Shown piece by piece: positions 1 to 11,300 of a stretch of 64,000 nucleotides of DNA. Both the position numbers and the translations under genes were made by a program. The stretch comes from Candidatus Sericytochromatia bacterium (GTDB taxonomy: Bacteria; Cyanobacteriota; Sericytochromatia; S15B-MN24; JAQBPE01), in contig JAYKHR010000048.1 of assembly GCA_035285125.1 (NCBI GenBank), forward strand, positions 96,001 to 160,000, in the 5' to 3' direction. The notes under the pieces are model-generated. The model searched no databases. It had not been told where the DNA came from and saw only the letters and a list, made by a program, of their open reading frames with translations. Numbering within the stretch: the first letter of the stretch is position 1; each line of letters starts with the position of its first letter.

Positions 1-36
1 CAAGCTACCCCAGGCGAACGCACTGGTCCGGCGCAT
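1..36 (-). CDS. Possible 5' end of a divergent gene running off the window (MRRTSAFAWGSL...)
   Basis: ATG at 36-34 preceded on the minus strand by a GGAGGAG RBS; only 12 codons visible. Confidence 0.3.
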   Translation of the reverse strand, partial: MRRTSAFAWGSL

Positions 37-198
37 CTGCTCCTCCCCTCACGTCGACCGGACGTCCACGACCTCTCCATGCACGGCCCCGCGGCCGACA
101 TAACGGCCCGCACCCCGACAGGACGTATCGATTTGTGAAGCCCCGAGAAGCCGAAGCCCCGCCAAACGACCCGACCCAACCCTCACGGTGGGTGGACA

Positions 199-227
199 TT
201 GACAGTTTCGCGTCAGCCGGGCACCAT
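199..227 (+). promoter_or_regulatory. Sigma70-type promoter of the fur-feo operon
   Basis: Perfect TTGACA (199-204), 17-nt spacer, CACCAT (222-227). Confidence 0.65.
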
Positions 228-235
228 GGGCTAGC

Positions 236-250
236 TGATAATAATTCTCA
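236..250. promoter_or_regulatory. Fur box (7-1-7 inverted repeat)
   Basis: TGATAAT-A-ATTCTCA, one mismatch from TGATAAT-N-ATTATCA; lies just downstream of the promoter and 9 nt before the fur start. Confidence 0.8.
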
Positions 251-259
251 AGTACCCCT

Positions 260-718
260 GTGTCCCTTCGCACCGATCTCACCAAAGCCCAGGCCGACCT
301 CCGCCAGCGGGGGTATCGCGTCACGCCCCAGCGGGACACCATTCTCAGGGTCTTCCACGGCCTGCCGGAGGGCACCCACCTCAGCGCAGATGAGCTGCAG
401 TTCAGGCTCAAGCAAGACGGTTGCGGCATCGGCCTGGCCACCACCTACCGCACGCTCAAGCTCCTTGCCTCCCTCGGGCTGCTACGCGAGCTTGATTTCG
501 CGGAGGGCCACAAGCACTACGAGCTAGCCACCGGGGAGGCAGCCCCGCACCACCACCTCATCTGCACGGAATGCAGCGGAACCGTCGAGTTCGAGCAGGC
601 CCCCCTGCTCGAACTCGGCCAGGAGGTGGCGAGGGCGCACGGCTACCGCCTCCACGACGTCCAGCTGAAGGTGTTCGGGACGTGCCCGGCCTGCATCAGC
701 GATGGGAGCGAAACATGA
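260..718 (+). CDS. fur: Fur-family transcriptional regulator
   Basis: RVTPQR, HLSADEL, IGLATTYRTLKLL, HHHLICTEC and C-terminal CPAC motifs; upstream of feoAB. Confidence 0.92.
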   Translation: MSLRTDLTKAQADLRQRGYRVTPQRDTILRVFHGLPEGTHLSADELQFRLKQDGCGIGLATTYRTLKLLASLGLLRELDFAEGHKHYELATGEAAPHHHLICTECSGTVEFEQAPLLELGQEVARAHGYRLHDVQLKVFGTCPACISDGSET

Positions 719-939
719 CCCTCGACGAGGTCCGGCCCGGACAGCGCATTCGCATCCGAACCATCTCGGCCCCCGAGGTCCGCTCGCAGGCCATCCGCCT
801 GGGCCTGGGCGAGGGTGCCGAGGCCATCTGTCGGGCCACGCTGCCGCGTGGCCCCATCGTGCTCGGCCGCGCCAACCAGGAGGTCGCCATCGGGCGGCCG
901 CTGGCCGAGGCAATCACCGTGGAGGTTCTCAGCGCGTGA
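715..939 (+). CDS. feoA: Ferrous iron transport protein A
   Basis: 74 aa SH3-like: MTLDEVRPGQ...RLGLGEG...GPIVL...VAIGRPLAEAITVE; ATGA overlap with fur. Confidence 0.9.
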   Translation: MTLDEVRPGQRIRIRTISAPEVRSQAIRLGLGEGAEAICRATLPRGPIVLGRANQEVAIGRPLAEAITVEVLSA

Positions 940-2780
940 CGACAGCTCCCCTGACGGCAGCCCCCGAGCGACGCCTGGTCCTGGTCGGCAACCCGAACGT
1001 CGGGAAGTCGGTCTTCTTCAACGCTCTGACGGGGCTCTACGTCGACGTCGCCAACTACCCCGGGACGACAGTGGACGTGAGCCGGGGACACCACGCGGGC
1101 CTGGCCGTGCTGGACACCCCCGGCGTTTACGGCGTGGGCTCGTTCAACGACGAGGAACGCGTCGCTCGCGATATCGTGCTGTGCGCCGACGTGGTGCTGA
1201 ACGTCGTCGCCGCGCCCACGCTCGAGCGCGACCTGTTCCTGACGCTCCAGTTGCTGGACATGGGGCTGCCGATGGTGGTGGCCCTGAACCAGATGGACGA
1301 TGCGGACGCCACGGGCGTGCGGATCGACGTGGAGGCGCTTTCCGGTTTGCTCGGGGTGCCCGTCATCCCGTGCGTGGCAACGCGGGGGCAGGGCCTGGAG
1401 GCCGTCGTGGCGAGGTTGTCCGAGGCCCGCCCCGGCCACGCGGACCCGATGGTGACCGCCTGGGCCGAGGCGCTGCCCACGCCACTGGGAACCGCTCCCG
1501 AAAGACTGCTCGCGCTGGAAGGGGACGAGGTCGTGGCGGGACGGCTCGGGCTCGATTCTGGAACCTCCGCTCACACCAAGCGGGACGAGGTCTATGCGGC
1601 CCGCCGGGCGCGCGTGGATGCCCTGGTCGCCACCACGGCGACCTCGGCCAGCGCGGCCGTGCGCCTCAGCACGCGGCTCGGCCGCTGGCTGCTCACGCCC
1701 TTGTGGGGCACGTTGGCCGCCATCGTGGTGATGGCGCTGCTGTACCTGCTGGTGGGCGACATGGTCGCCCAGCGGCTCGTGGAGGTGACGGAAGGGCAGC
1801 TGATGCAGGGCGTGTACGAGCCCTGGATGAAGCGCCTGGTGGCTGCCTGGGTTCCGCCTGGGGCGCTCCAGGAAATCCTGGCTGGGGAGTTCGGGCTGCT
1901 CACCATGACCGTGACCTACGTGTTCGGGCTGTTGTTGCCCCTCGTGGTCGGGTTCTACCTGTTCCTGGCCGTGCTCGAAGACACGGGCTACCTGCCCCGG
2001 CTGGCCGTGCTGGTCGACCGAGCGCTGTCGGCGATCGGCCTGAACGGCCGCGCAGTGATCCCCTTGATCATCGGGTTCGGCTGCGTGACGATGGCCACGA
2101 TCACGACCCGGCTGCTGGGCACCCAGCGCGAGAAGACCATCGCCACCGCGATCCTGGGCCTCACCATCCCCTGCTCGGCGCAGCTGGGCGTGATCCTGGG
2201 GTTGCTGGGCAAGACGGGCAGCTGGACGGCCTGGGCCACCTATGTGGCCACGATGGGCGCCGTGCTGGTGGCCCTGGGCACGGTGCTCGATCGCCTGTTG
2301 CCCGGGCGCTCCTCGGCGCTCCTGATCGACCTGCCGCCGCTGCGGTTGCCCCTGTGGCGGAACGTCGGACGCAAGACGTTCACCAAGTCGGTGGCCTTCT
2401 TGCAGGAGGCCGTGCCGCTGTTCCTGTTCGCAGCCCTGGCCGTGGGCGTCTGCAAGGTCACGGGGCTGCTCACCACCATCAGCCAGGCCCTCTCGCCTCT
2501 GGTCGTCGGCGTCCTGCACCTGCCGCGCGAGGCCGCAGCCGCGTTCCTGATGGGCCTCATCCGACGAGACTTCGGCGCTGCGGGCCTGACGGACATGGCC
2601 CTCAGGCCCTCCCAGACGGTCGTGGCGCTGGTGGTGATCACCCTCTTCGTGCCCTGCATCGCGACCGTGGTCGTGCTCTTCAAGGAGCGGGGCTGGCGGG
2701 AGGCGGCCGTGCTGTGGGGAGGCTCCTGGGTGCTGGCCTTCGCGATCGGCGGCGCGCTGGCGGCTGCGCTGGGTGCCTGA
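936..2780 (+). CDS. feoB: Ferrous iron transport protein B
   Basis: G1 GNPNVGKS, NYPGTTV, DTPGVY, NQMD; membrane domain with LEDTGYLPR, GFGC, PCSAQ, PCIAT; GTGA overlap with feoA. Confidence 0.95.
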   Translation: MTTAPLTAAPERRLVLVGNPNVGKSVFFNALTGLYVDVANYPGTTVDVSRGHHAGLAVLDTPGVYGVGSFNDEERVARDIVLCADVVLNVVAAPTLERDLFLTLQLLDMGLPMVVALNQMDDADATGVRIDVEALSGLLGVPVIPCVATRGQGLEAVVARLSEARPGHADPMVTAWAEALPTPLGTAPERLLALEGDEVVAGRLGLDSGTSAHTKRDEVYAARRARVDALVATTATSASAAVRLSTRLGRWLLTPLWGTLAAIVVMALLYLLVGDMVAQRLVEVTEGQLMQGVYEPWMKRLVAAWVPPGALQEILAGEFGLLTMTVTYVFGLLLPLVVGFYLFLAVLEDTGYLPRLAVLVDRALSAIGLNGRAVIPLIIGFGCVTMATITTRLLGTQREKTIATAILGLTIPCSAQLGVILGLLGKTGSWTAWATYVATMGAVLVALGTVLDRLLPGRSSALLIDLPPLRLPLWRNVGRKTFTKSVAFLQEAVPLFLFAALAVGVCKVTGLLTTISQALSPLVVGVLHLPREAAAAFLMGLIRRDFGAAGLTDMALRPSQTVVALVVITLFVPCIATVVVLFKERGWREAAVLWGGSWVLAFAIGGALAAALGA

Positions 2781-2783
2781 GCG

Positions 2784-2984
2784 ATGCTGCCATTCCTTCG
2801 CAAGCGGGCCGAAAGCCCCCCGACCTCGCGAGAGGCATGCCCGAGCGACCCGTGTGGCACGTGTGGCTACCCGTTGCCCGTGGCGTCGTTCGACCAGGCC
2901 TGTCCGCGCTGCCGCCGGGTGACACCCGCCGCGCGCACCTGCCCGGGCGCCTGCTCAGGCTGCGAGCTGGGGCGCGACGCGTGA
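2784..2984 (+). CDS. Small Cys-rich protein (putative Fe-S/Zn binding, FeoC position)
   Basis: 66 aa with CGTC, CPRC, CPGACSGC; starts 3 nt after the feoB stop. Confidence 0.6.
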   Translation: MLPFLRKRAESPPTSREACPSDPCGTCGYPLPVASFDQACPRCRRVTPAARTCPGACSGCELGRDA

Positions 2985-3160
2985 GCCTCGAGCCCTTCCG
3001 GGTCGAGGTGCCCAGCCCCGCCGGGTTGCCGTGGCTGCCCGACGTGGAGCGGTCCCTCCTGGCGGAGGGTCCCCGGCCGCTGCGCTGGGCCATCGTGGAG
3101 GCCCGTGGCGAGACGCTCGTCATCGAGGGAGTGCGCTGGTGTTCACCGCCGTCCACCTGA
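2981..3160 (+). CDS. Small hypothetical protein (PLRWAI motif)
   Basis: GTG overlaps the previous stop; 59 aa VSLEPFRVEV...GPRPLRWAIVEARGETLVIEGV; fills the gap exactly and overlaps the next gene. Confidence 0.55.
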   Translation: MSLEPFRVEVPSPAGLPWLPDVERSLLAEGPRPLRWAIVEARGETLVIEGVRWCSPPST

Positions 3161-4197
3161 TCCCGACGGGGGTCGGAGCCGCCATCGGGGGCTACGCCGG
3201 AGATGGCGGGCCCGCGGCCGCGTTGCTGGCGGCCGTGTGCGATCGCCTCGTCACCCACCCGAACGCCGTGAACGGCGCCCAGCTGCTGGCGCTGCCCCCC
3301 AACGGGCTGTACGTGGAGGGCTCCGCGCTCGACGGCTGGCTGGCAGGGCGGCTGGCGCTGCGCCCCGTGAGGGCCCGCAAGATCGGTATCCTGGTGGACC
3401 GCGCCGTGGAGGGGCACCCGGCCGGCAGCTTGGAGGCCCTGCACCACGCGGCAGACGCCGTTCGGTCTGTGCACGGCGTGCCCCTGGCCGGCTGGACGCT
3501 GACGCCCCGCCCGATCGGCGTCCGCCTCGCCACCGGGGCACACGGCCACAGCACGGGTGCGGTGGAGGACCCCGAGGCCGTGCTGGCCGGGGCCCGCACC
3601 CTGGTAGCCGCCGGGGCGGAGGCCATCGCCATCGTGGCTGACCTGGGGCGGTTGGACCCCGCCGCGGAGGCCACCTACGACCAGGGCGGCGGCGTCGACC
3701 CGATCGGGGGCGTGGAGGCCATTCTGTCGCACCTGGTGGTGGCGAGCCTGGGCATCCCTGCCGCGCACGCCCCCCTCTGGCCGCACGACCCCGCGCCGCC
3801 CCATCCGGTGGACCCCCGCGCCGCCGCCGAGCACCTCGGCCACACGTTCCTGCCGTGCGTGCTGATGGGCCTGGCCCGCCACCCTTCGCTGGTGGCGCCC
3901 CCCGACTGCCAGCCGGGTGACGTGCTCCCGGGGGCCGCCGATGCGGTGGTGGTGCCGCAGGGCTGCCTGGGGGGCCCAGGCGTGCTGGCGGCCCGAGATC
4001 GCGGGGTGCCCGTGGTGGTCGTGCGGGAGAACCGGACGGCCGTCCCTCTTGAGGCCTCGGCCCTTGGCTGGGAGCCGGGAGCCGGGCTCCACGAGGTGGC
4101 CAACTACTGGGAAGCCGCCGGGCTTCTGGCATGCTGGCGGGCGGGCCTCGACCCCTGGAGCGTGCGGCGGCCCCTGCCCGCCTTGCGGCGGCTCTAG
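3139..4197 (+). CDS. DUF3326-domain protein
   Basis: IPTGVGAAIGGYAGD, THPNAVNGA, YVEGSALD, GVDPIGGVEAILSH, DPRAAAE, TFLPCVL, VANYWEAAG; GTG start with GAGGGA RBS. Confidence 0.85.
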   Translation: MFTAVHLIPTGVGAAIGGYAGDGGPAAALLAAVCDRLVTHPNAVNGAQLLALPPNGLYVEGSALDGWLAGRLALRPVRARKIGILVDRAVEGHPAGSLEALHHAADAVRSVHGVPLAGWTLTPRPIGVRLATGAHGHSTGAVEDPEAVLAGARTLVAAGAEAIAIVADLGRLDPAAEATYDQGGGVDPIGGVEAILSHLVVASLGIPAAHAPLWPHDPAPPHPVDPRAAAEHLGHTFLPCVLMGLARHPSLVAPPDCQPGDVLPGAADAVVVPQGCLGGPGVLAARDRGVPVVVVRENRTAVPLEASALGWEPGAGLHEVANYWEAAGLLACWRAGLDPWSVRRPLPALRRL

Positions 4198-4265
4198 CCC
4201 GGTCGCTCCGCAGAGGCGCGGGCGCGTGCTATCATCGGCCTGTGCCACCCCCTGGGAGCCCACCC

Positions 4266-4775
4266 TTGAAGTCGCTGCGTGAAGACCTGGCCGGCCAGCG
4301 CCAGCTGAGGTTCCACCTCGACGGCCACCCGGCCGTCCTGCACCTGTTCAAGGCCAAGGGCGAGAGCACCCACCAGGTCTTCTTGAAGGTGCTCGCCTAC
4401 GCCTTCTGGGGCGCCTACGGCGAGCTGGCTTTCGAGCCCAAGACCCACCACAAGCTCGGGCCGTCCCTGGCCTCGATCGACTATGCGGGAGAGGTGCGGC
4501 TCTGGGTCCATGTGGGCCCGTTGCCCTTCGAGAAGCTGGAGCACGTGCTGCGCCACACCGACGCCGAAGAAGTGTGCTGGGTGCTTGAGGCCAGCGGCGA
4601 GGGCGAGGAACTCGAGACCGAGTTGGCCTCGCTCGTGCAGCGGATTCGTCGCCACGTCCACTACCGCTACACGGACAGGCGGCTGCGGGTGCTACTCTTT
4701 GCCCCGCTCGAGGGTTGGTTCGACCCCGCGCACGTGGTCTTGGACCCTGCCCGGTATGGCTACCACTCATTCTGA
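4266..4775 (+). CDS. YaeQ-like protein
   Basis: GESTHQVFLKVLAYA and SIDYAGEVRLWVHVG resemble YaeQ; start codon uncertain. Confidence 0.55.
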   Translation: MKSLREDLAGQRQLRFHLDGHPAVLHLFKAKGESTHQVFLKVLAYAFWGAYGELAFEPKTHHKLGPSLASIDYAGEVRLWVHVGPLPFEKLEHVLRHTDAEEVCWVLEASGEGEELETELASLVQRIRRHVHYRYTDRRLRVLLFAPLEGWFDPAHVVLDPARYGYHSF

Positions 4776-4839
4776 ACGCCTGTTGCCCACGGGGGTATGA
4801 TGGGGCCGCGGCCTGGTCGAGGGCCCCGGAGGGTTTCGC

Positions 4840-6012
4840 GTGCGGGTGCTGATGTTCTGCGGCAAGGGCGGGTGCGGCAAGAGCACCCTCGCGGCCGCGG
4901 CTGCGCTGAGGGCAGCCCAGGAAGGCGCCCGGACCCTCCTGCTGTCGGTGGACCCGGCCCACAGCCTTGGCACCATCCTCGGCCGGCCCGTCGGGGCGTC
5001 GCCCACGGCGGTGGCCGAGCGGCTGTGGGCCGCCGAGCTGGCGCCAGCGGAGGCCGTCACGGGCCCTTGGCGCGAGGGGCTCGCCTACGTCGAGCAGGTG
5101 CTGAGCAGCCAGCTGGCGGTGCCCCCCGCTGGGGCCGAGCTCGCCCTGCTCCCCGGGGTGGCGGAGGCCGCCACCCTCGTCACCATCGAGCAACACCTGC
5201 GCTCGGGCCAGTTCGACGCGGTGGTGCTGGACCACGCGCCGACGTCCTTCGCGGTGCGCCTGCTGGCCCTGCCCCAGCTGGGGGGCGGCTACGGGCGCAA
5301 GGCCCGCACGCTGTACGAACGCCACGGTGCGCAGCTGCAGCTGGGCCTCACCATGCTGGGCGCCAGCGTGCCGCCCCCACCGCCCGGCCTGCCCGAGCGG
5401 GCCCTCGGCCTGCTGGAGGGGCTCGAGGCCCTCGCGGGGATGCTCACTGATCCCGCCACCACCTCCGTGCGACTGGTCGTCCCGCCGGAGGCGCCCGGGC
5501 TGGCCGAGTCACGGTACCTCTACACCTGGCTGAGCCTCTATGGCCTGACGGTCGATGAGGTGCTCGTCAACCCCCTCTGGCCGGCCACCGTTGCAGACCC
5601 GCTGGTGGCCCTCTGGCGGCAGCGGGAGGCGCAGGTGGTCGACGAGGTGCGCCAGGCCTTCGCCCCGCTCACCATCACGTCCGTCACGCGCCAGGTCGAA
5701 GCCCTGACGGGGCTGGAGGCCCTGCTCGAGTTCGCCGCGGCGCTCTGGCCGGCGCGCGGCGTGCTCCCCCGGCGGGGCACGCACGCCGCGTGCGAGGTGA
5801 CGCGCGACGGCGGCAGCCTGCAGGTGCAGGTGCGGCTGCCCTTCGTCCCGCGCGAGGCCGTCGATCTGGCCAAACATGGGGACGAGCTGTACATTACGGT
5901 CTGGGGACATCAGCGCATCGTGCGGCTCCCCGGCGACGCAGCCGCCATGCAGCCCACGCGGGCGCGCTTCGAGGATGGCAGCCTGATCGTGACCCTGGCG
6001 CCCCCCGCCTGA
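4840..6012 (+). CDS. ArsA/Get3-family ATPase with C-terminal HSP20-like domain
   Basis: GKGGCGKST deviant P-loop, SVDPAHSL, LDHAPT, TSVRLVV; C-terminal LPFVPREAVDL...DELYITV...ARFEDGSL. Confidence 0.85.
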   Translation: MRVLMFCGKGGCGKSTLAAAAALRAAQEGARTLLLSVDPAHSLGTILGRPVGASPTAVAERLWAAELAPAEAVTGPWREGLAYVEQVLSSQLAVPPAGAELALLPGVAEAATLVTIEQHLRSGQFDAVVLDHAPTSFAVRLLALPQLGGGYGRKARTLYERHGAQLQLGLTMLGASVPPPPPGLPERALGLLEGLEALAGMLTDPATTSVRLVVPPEAPGLAESRYLYTWLSLYGLTVDEVLVNPLWPATVADPLVALWRQREAQVVDEVRQAFAPLTITSVTRQVEALTGLEALLEFAAALWPARGVLPRRGTHAACEVTRDGGSLQVQVRLPFVPREAVDLAKHGDELYITVWGHQRIVRLPGDAAAMQPTRARFEDGSLIVTLAPPA

Positions 6013-6036
6013 CCCTGCCCTTTTGCCACCTGCCCC

Positions 6037-6648
6037 ATGATTCGCGCCATCACCGTCGGCCCCTTCCAGGAAAACTGCTACCTGATCGTCCGCGACGGCG
6101 AGTGCGCGATCGTGGACCCTGGCGACGAGGCTGACCGGATCGCGGCGGAAATCGAGGCGACGGGCGCCGTGCCCCGGCTGATCCTGCTGACGCACGCCCA
6201 CCTCGACCACGTCGGGGCCGTCGATGCGCTGAAGGCCAGGTGGAACCTGCCGCTTTACGCCCCGCGCGAGGAGCTCGCGCTGCTCGCAGAGCTGCCGCTC
6301 CAGTGCGCCATGTTCGGGCTTCCCCCGATCCCGCCGCCCCACGTCGATCACATCGTCGAGCCCGGAACCGACCTTCCGCTGGGGCGTGGTACGATCGAGG
6401 TCATCTCCACGCCCGGGCACTCGCCTGGCGGGACGTCCTACCGAATCGGCGACGACCTGTTCGTCGGTGACACCATCTTCGCGGGAGGCGTCGGCCGGAC
6501 GGACCTGTGGGGAGGCTCGTGGGCCACCCTGAAGGCCTCGATCGAGGACCGGATTTTCACCCTTCCGGATGCCGTCACGCTGTACCCGGGGCATGGGCCC
6601 ACCACCACCGTCGGCGCGGAACGCCGCACCAACCCATTCTTCAATTAA
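6037..6648 (+). CDS. MBL-fold metallo-hydrolase (glyoxalase II-like)
   Basis: THAHLDHVG, TPGHSPG, GDTIF, PGHG motifs. Confidence 0.9.
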   Translation: MIRAITVGPFQENCYLIVRDGECAIVDPGDEADRIAAEIEATGAVPRLILLTHAHLDHVGAVDALKARWNLPLYAPREELALLAELPLQCAMFGLPPIPPPHVDHIVEPGTDLPLGRGTIEVISTPGHSPGGTSYRIGDDLFVGDTIFAGGVGRTDLWGGSWATLKASIEDRIFTLPDAVTLYPGHGPTTTVGAERRTNPFFN

Positions 6649-6691
6649 GCTGACATCGCACCCGCACCCCCGTCAAAGAGGACATGGCCCG

Positions 6692-8212
<1,521 letters not shown>

Positions 8213-8219
8213 GCGCCGC

Positions 8220-8253
8220 CCACGCCCCCCCGGGACCTCCCGGGGGGGCGTGG
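8220..8253. terminator. GC-rich palindrome after pepA (terminator or REP-like)
   Basis: Perfect 16-bp inverted repeat CCACGCCCCCCCGGGA-CC-TCCCGGGGGGGCGTGG; no U-tract. Confidence 0.55.
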
Positions 8254-8342
8254 CTCATGGGCAGGGACGACACCTGCGCAGGAGCCAACACACCGGGCCG
8301 CACTCCCCATCCGCGTCGGGTATAAGACGGCACACACCCGCG

Positions 8343-11300
8343 ATGAGGATGGACGTGACGGAAGCCTCCCCCGATCTTGGCTCGCGATACCGCCTGCTTA
8401 GCCAACTTGGCACAGGGGGCATGAGCGTCGTCTACCTCGTCGAGGACTGCCAGACGGGCCAGCAGGTGGCCATGAAGGTGATCTCCCAGGCCCTCCGCGA
8501 GGCAGCCGACCAGGCCGAGCACCTGCTCAGGTTCAAGCAGGAATTCCGCACCATGGCCCGCCTTCGGCATCCGAACACCTGTGCCGTGCACGACTACGGG
8601 GTGCTGAAGGACGGCCGGGCCTACCTGACGATGGAGGTGGTGGAGGGCCGGGGGCTCGACGAGTGCCTCCCGATGGCTGCCGAGGCGTTCCTGCCCGTGC
8701 TGCGTCAACTCGGCCATGCGCTGCAGTACATCCACCAGCAGGGCTTCGTACACCTCGACCTCAAGCCCGAGAACATCCGCCTACGCGACGACGGCGTCGT
8801 CAAGCTGATGGACTTCGGCCTGATGGAGGTGACGGGCCAGGCGCTCGATGCGGTGCGAGGCACCCTGCTCTACCTGTCACCAGAGGTCGCCCGCCTCGAC
8901 CGGGTGGATGCGCGCTCCGACCTATACGCGCTCGGGGCCCTCGCCTACCACGTGCTGGCCGGCCAGCCGCCCTTCACGTGCGCCTCACCCCTGGAGTACC
9001 TGCGGGCCCATCTCTCTGCGGTGCCGCAGCCCTTGCGCGAGCTTGCCCCCGCCGTGCCGCCCGAGGTCGCCCACGTCGTGGAGCGCCTGCTGGCCAAGGA
9101 AGCGGCCGCCAGATACCCCAGTGCCGAGGGCGCGCTGGGTGCCCTCGGCCTGGGGGCGGACGAGGGCGCCCAGGCGACGCTGCTGGAGAGCTCCTTCGTG
9201 GGGCGCCGCGACGAGGTGCAGCGCCTGGGCGAGGCCCTGAGCGCCCTGCAATTGGGCGAGCCTCGGCACGTGACGATCGCGGGCCCGGCGGGCATCGGCA
9301 AGTCGCGCCTGCTGGGCGAGTTCCGCGTGCAGGCGTTGCTCGAGGACCGCCCGTGGCTATACGGCCGGGCCACCGAGGTCGGGGCGCCTTATGGCCCGTT
9401 CATCGAGATGCTGAGGGGGCTCCTGCCGCTCGCCCACGCGCGCTGCCCCGAGCTGCTCCGCCTGCACGCCGCCGTGCTCGGCACCCTGCTCCCGGAGCTG
9501 CCGGTGGGCGAAGAGGCCGTGCCCATCGAGCCAGAGCCGATGGCTGCCCGCACCCAGCTACAGCTGGCCGTCGTGGCCGTGCTGACGGCCATCTCCGCCG
9601 ATGGCGGGGCCGTGCTCGTCCTCGACGAGGCGGAACACCTCGACCCGCTTTCAGCCGGCCTGCTCGACCTGCTGCGGCGGCAGGTGCCCCGGGTGCCCTT
9701 GCTCATCGTCGTCGCGCAGCGCGAAGCCGGGTCTGGCTGGGACGACGAGCTCGCCTTGGGACCGCTGACGGAGCGTGAAACCGGGGCACTCGCAGGCAGC
9801 GTGTTGGGTCTTGAAACCTCCCCGCCGCAGTTCACGTCGGCCCTCCACGAGGCCGCGCGGGGTCAACCCGGTGTCGTCGTGGCGGTGCTCCAGCACCTCC
9901 TGCGCCAGGGAACCCTGACGCGCAGCCACGGCGAGTGGACCCTGCCAGACAGCCTGCAAGGCGGCCAGCTGCCCCGGGACGCCACCGACATGCTGCTCGC
10001 GGTGGTTCGCACGGCCTCGGAGGAGGCCCGAAGGTTGGTCGAGTTTGCCGCCATCTTTGGCGAGCCGTTCACCTTGCAGGACGCGCGCGCCCTGAGCTCC
10101 CTGTCGGAGGACGACCTGTTCGATGCCCTCGACGAGGCCATTCGCGCCCAGATCATCGAACACCGCCTGGCCGGTTACGTGCTGACGTCCAGCGCCTTGA
10201 GGCTGGCCGTCTACGAGCACGTTGCCCCCGAGGAGCGAACGCAGGCCCACCGGGCGGCGGCCAGGCACCTCGAGCAGGTGCATGCCCCTGCGGCCGTCCG
10301 CGTGCCCGCGGACGGCCTGGACGCCCAAACCGTGGGTCCCCTGCCGCTGGCCCAGCTGACGGCCATCGCCAGCCACTCCCTCAGGGCAGACACCCCCGCA
10401 CGGGCCCTCCGATGGGCCCACATCGCGGCCGAACGCAACCTCGAAGTGTTGGCGCTGAGCGCGGCTGCCGGGCTCTTGACCCGCGGCCTCGAGCTGGTGG
10501 ATGGTCAGGCTGAGGCGGTCCCCGCCGACCTGCGCTTCGACCTGCACAACGCCCTGGCGACGTGCCTTCACTGGCAGCACCAGCTCGACCTCGCCCGGCA
10601 CCACGTGGACCACGCCGAGGCGCTGCTGGAGGACATCAGCGACAGGGCCCGGCAGCTCGAGTGGCTGGTGACGGCGGGCAAGCACTTCTCCCTGCGCAGC
10701 GACCACGTCAAGGCTGCCGAACTCCAGAGCCAGGCCATCGCCCTGGCGCAGCAGCTGGGTAGCGCCCGCACGGGAGTTCGCGCGCGGATCAACCTGGGCA
10801 GGGCCCTCTACTTTCAGGACAGGCGCGCCGAGGCCCGCGAGGTGTTCGAGATGGCCGTCCAGGAGGCCCAGCAGCAAGGCCTGCCCTCGTGGCGAGCCAG
10901 TGCCCTCTCTCAGGTGGGCTATCTGCGTGCCGTCACGGAGGCCGACGGGCGCGAACGCGGCGTGCGGGAACTCTCGGAGGCCGTGGCCGTACAGGAGGCC
11001 ATTGGCGACAAGAGCGGCCTGGTCTTCAGCTCGAACCTGCTCTTCGAGCTTCAGATCCTGCACGGGGCCCTGCAAGACGCCCAGACCAGCGCCCAGCGCT
11101 GCGTGACCCTCTCCGGAGAGCTCGGCAGCATCGACGACCATGTCGTCGCCCACCTGAACGCCGCCATCGTCGCCTTCGAGCTCGGGGACCTCACCCAGCT
11201 GTCGCAAAGCGCTGCGGAAGCGCTGCGGCTGGCAGAGCGCCACCACCACTCCGTGGTCGAGCCCCTGGCAGCTTGTCTCCTGGCCCTGCTCGAGGTGCTG

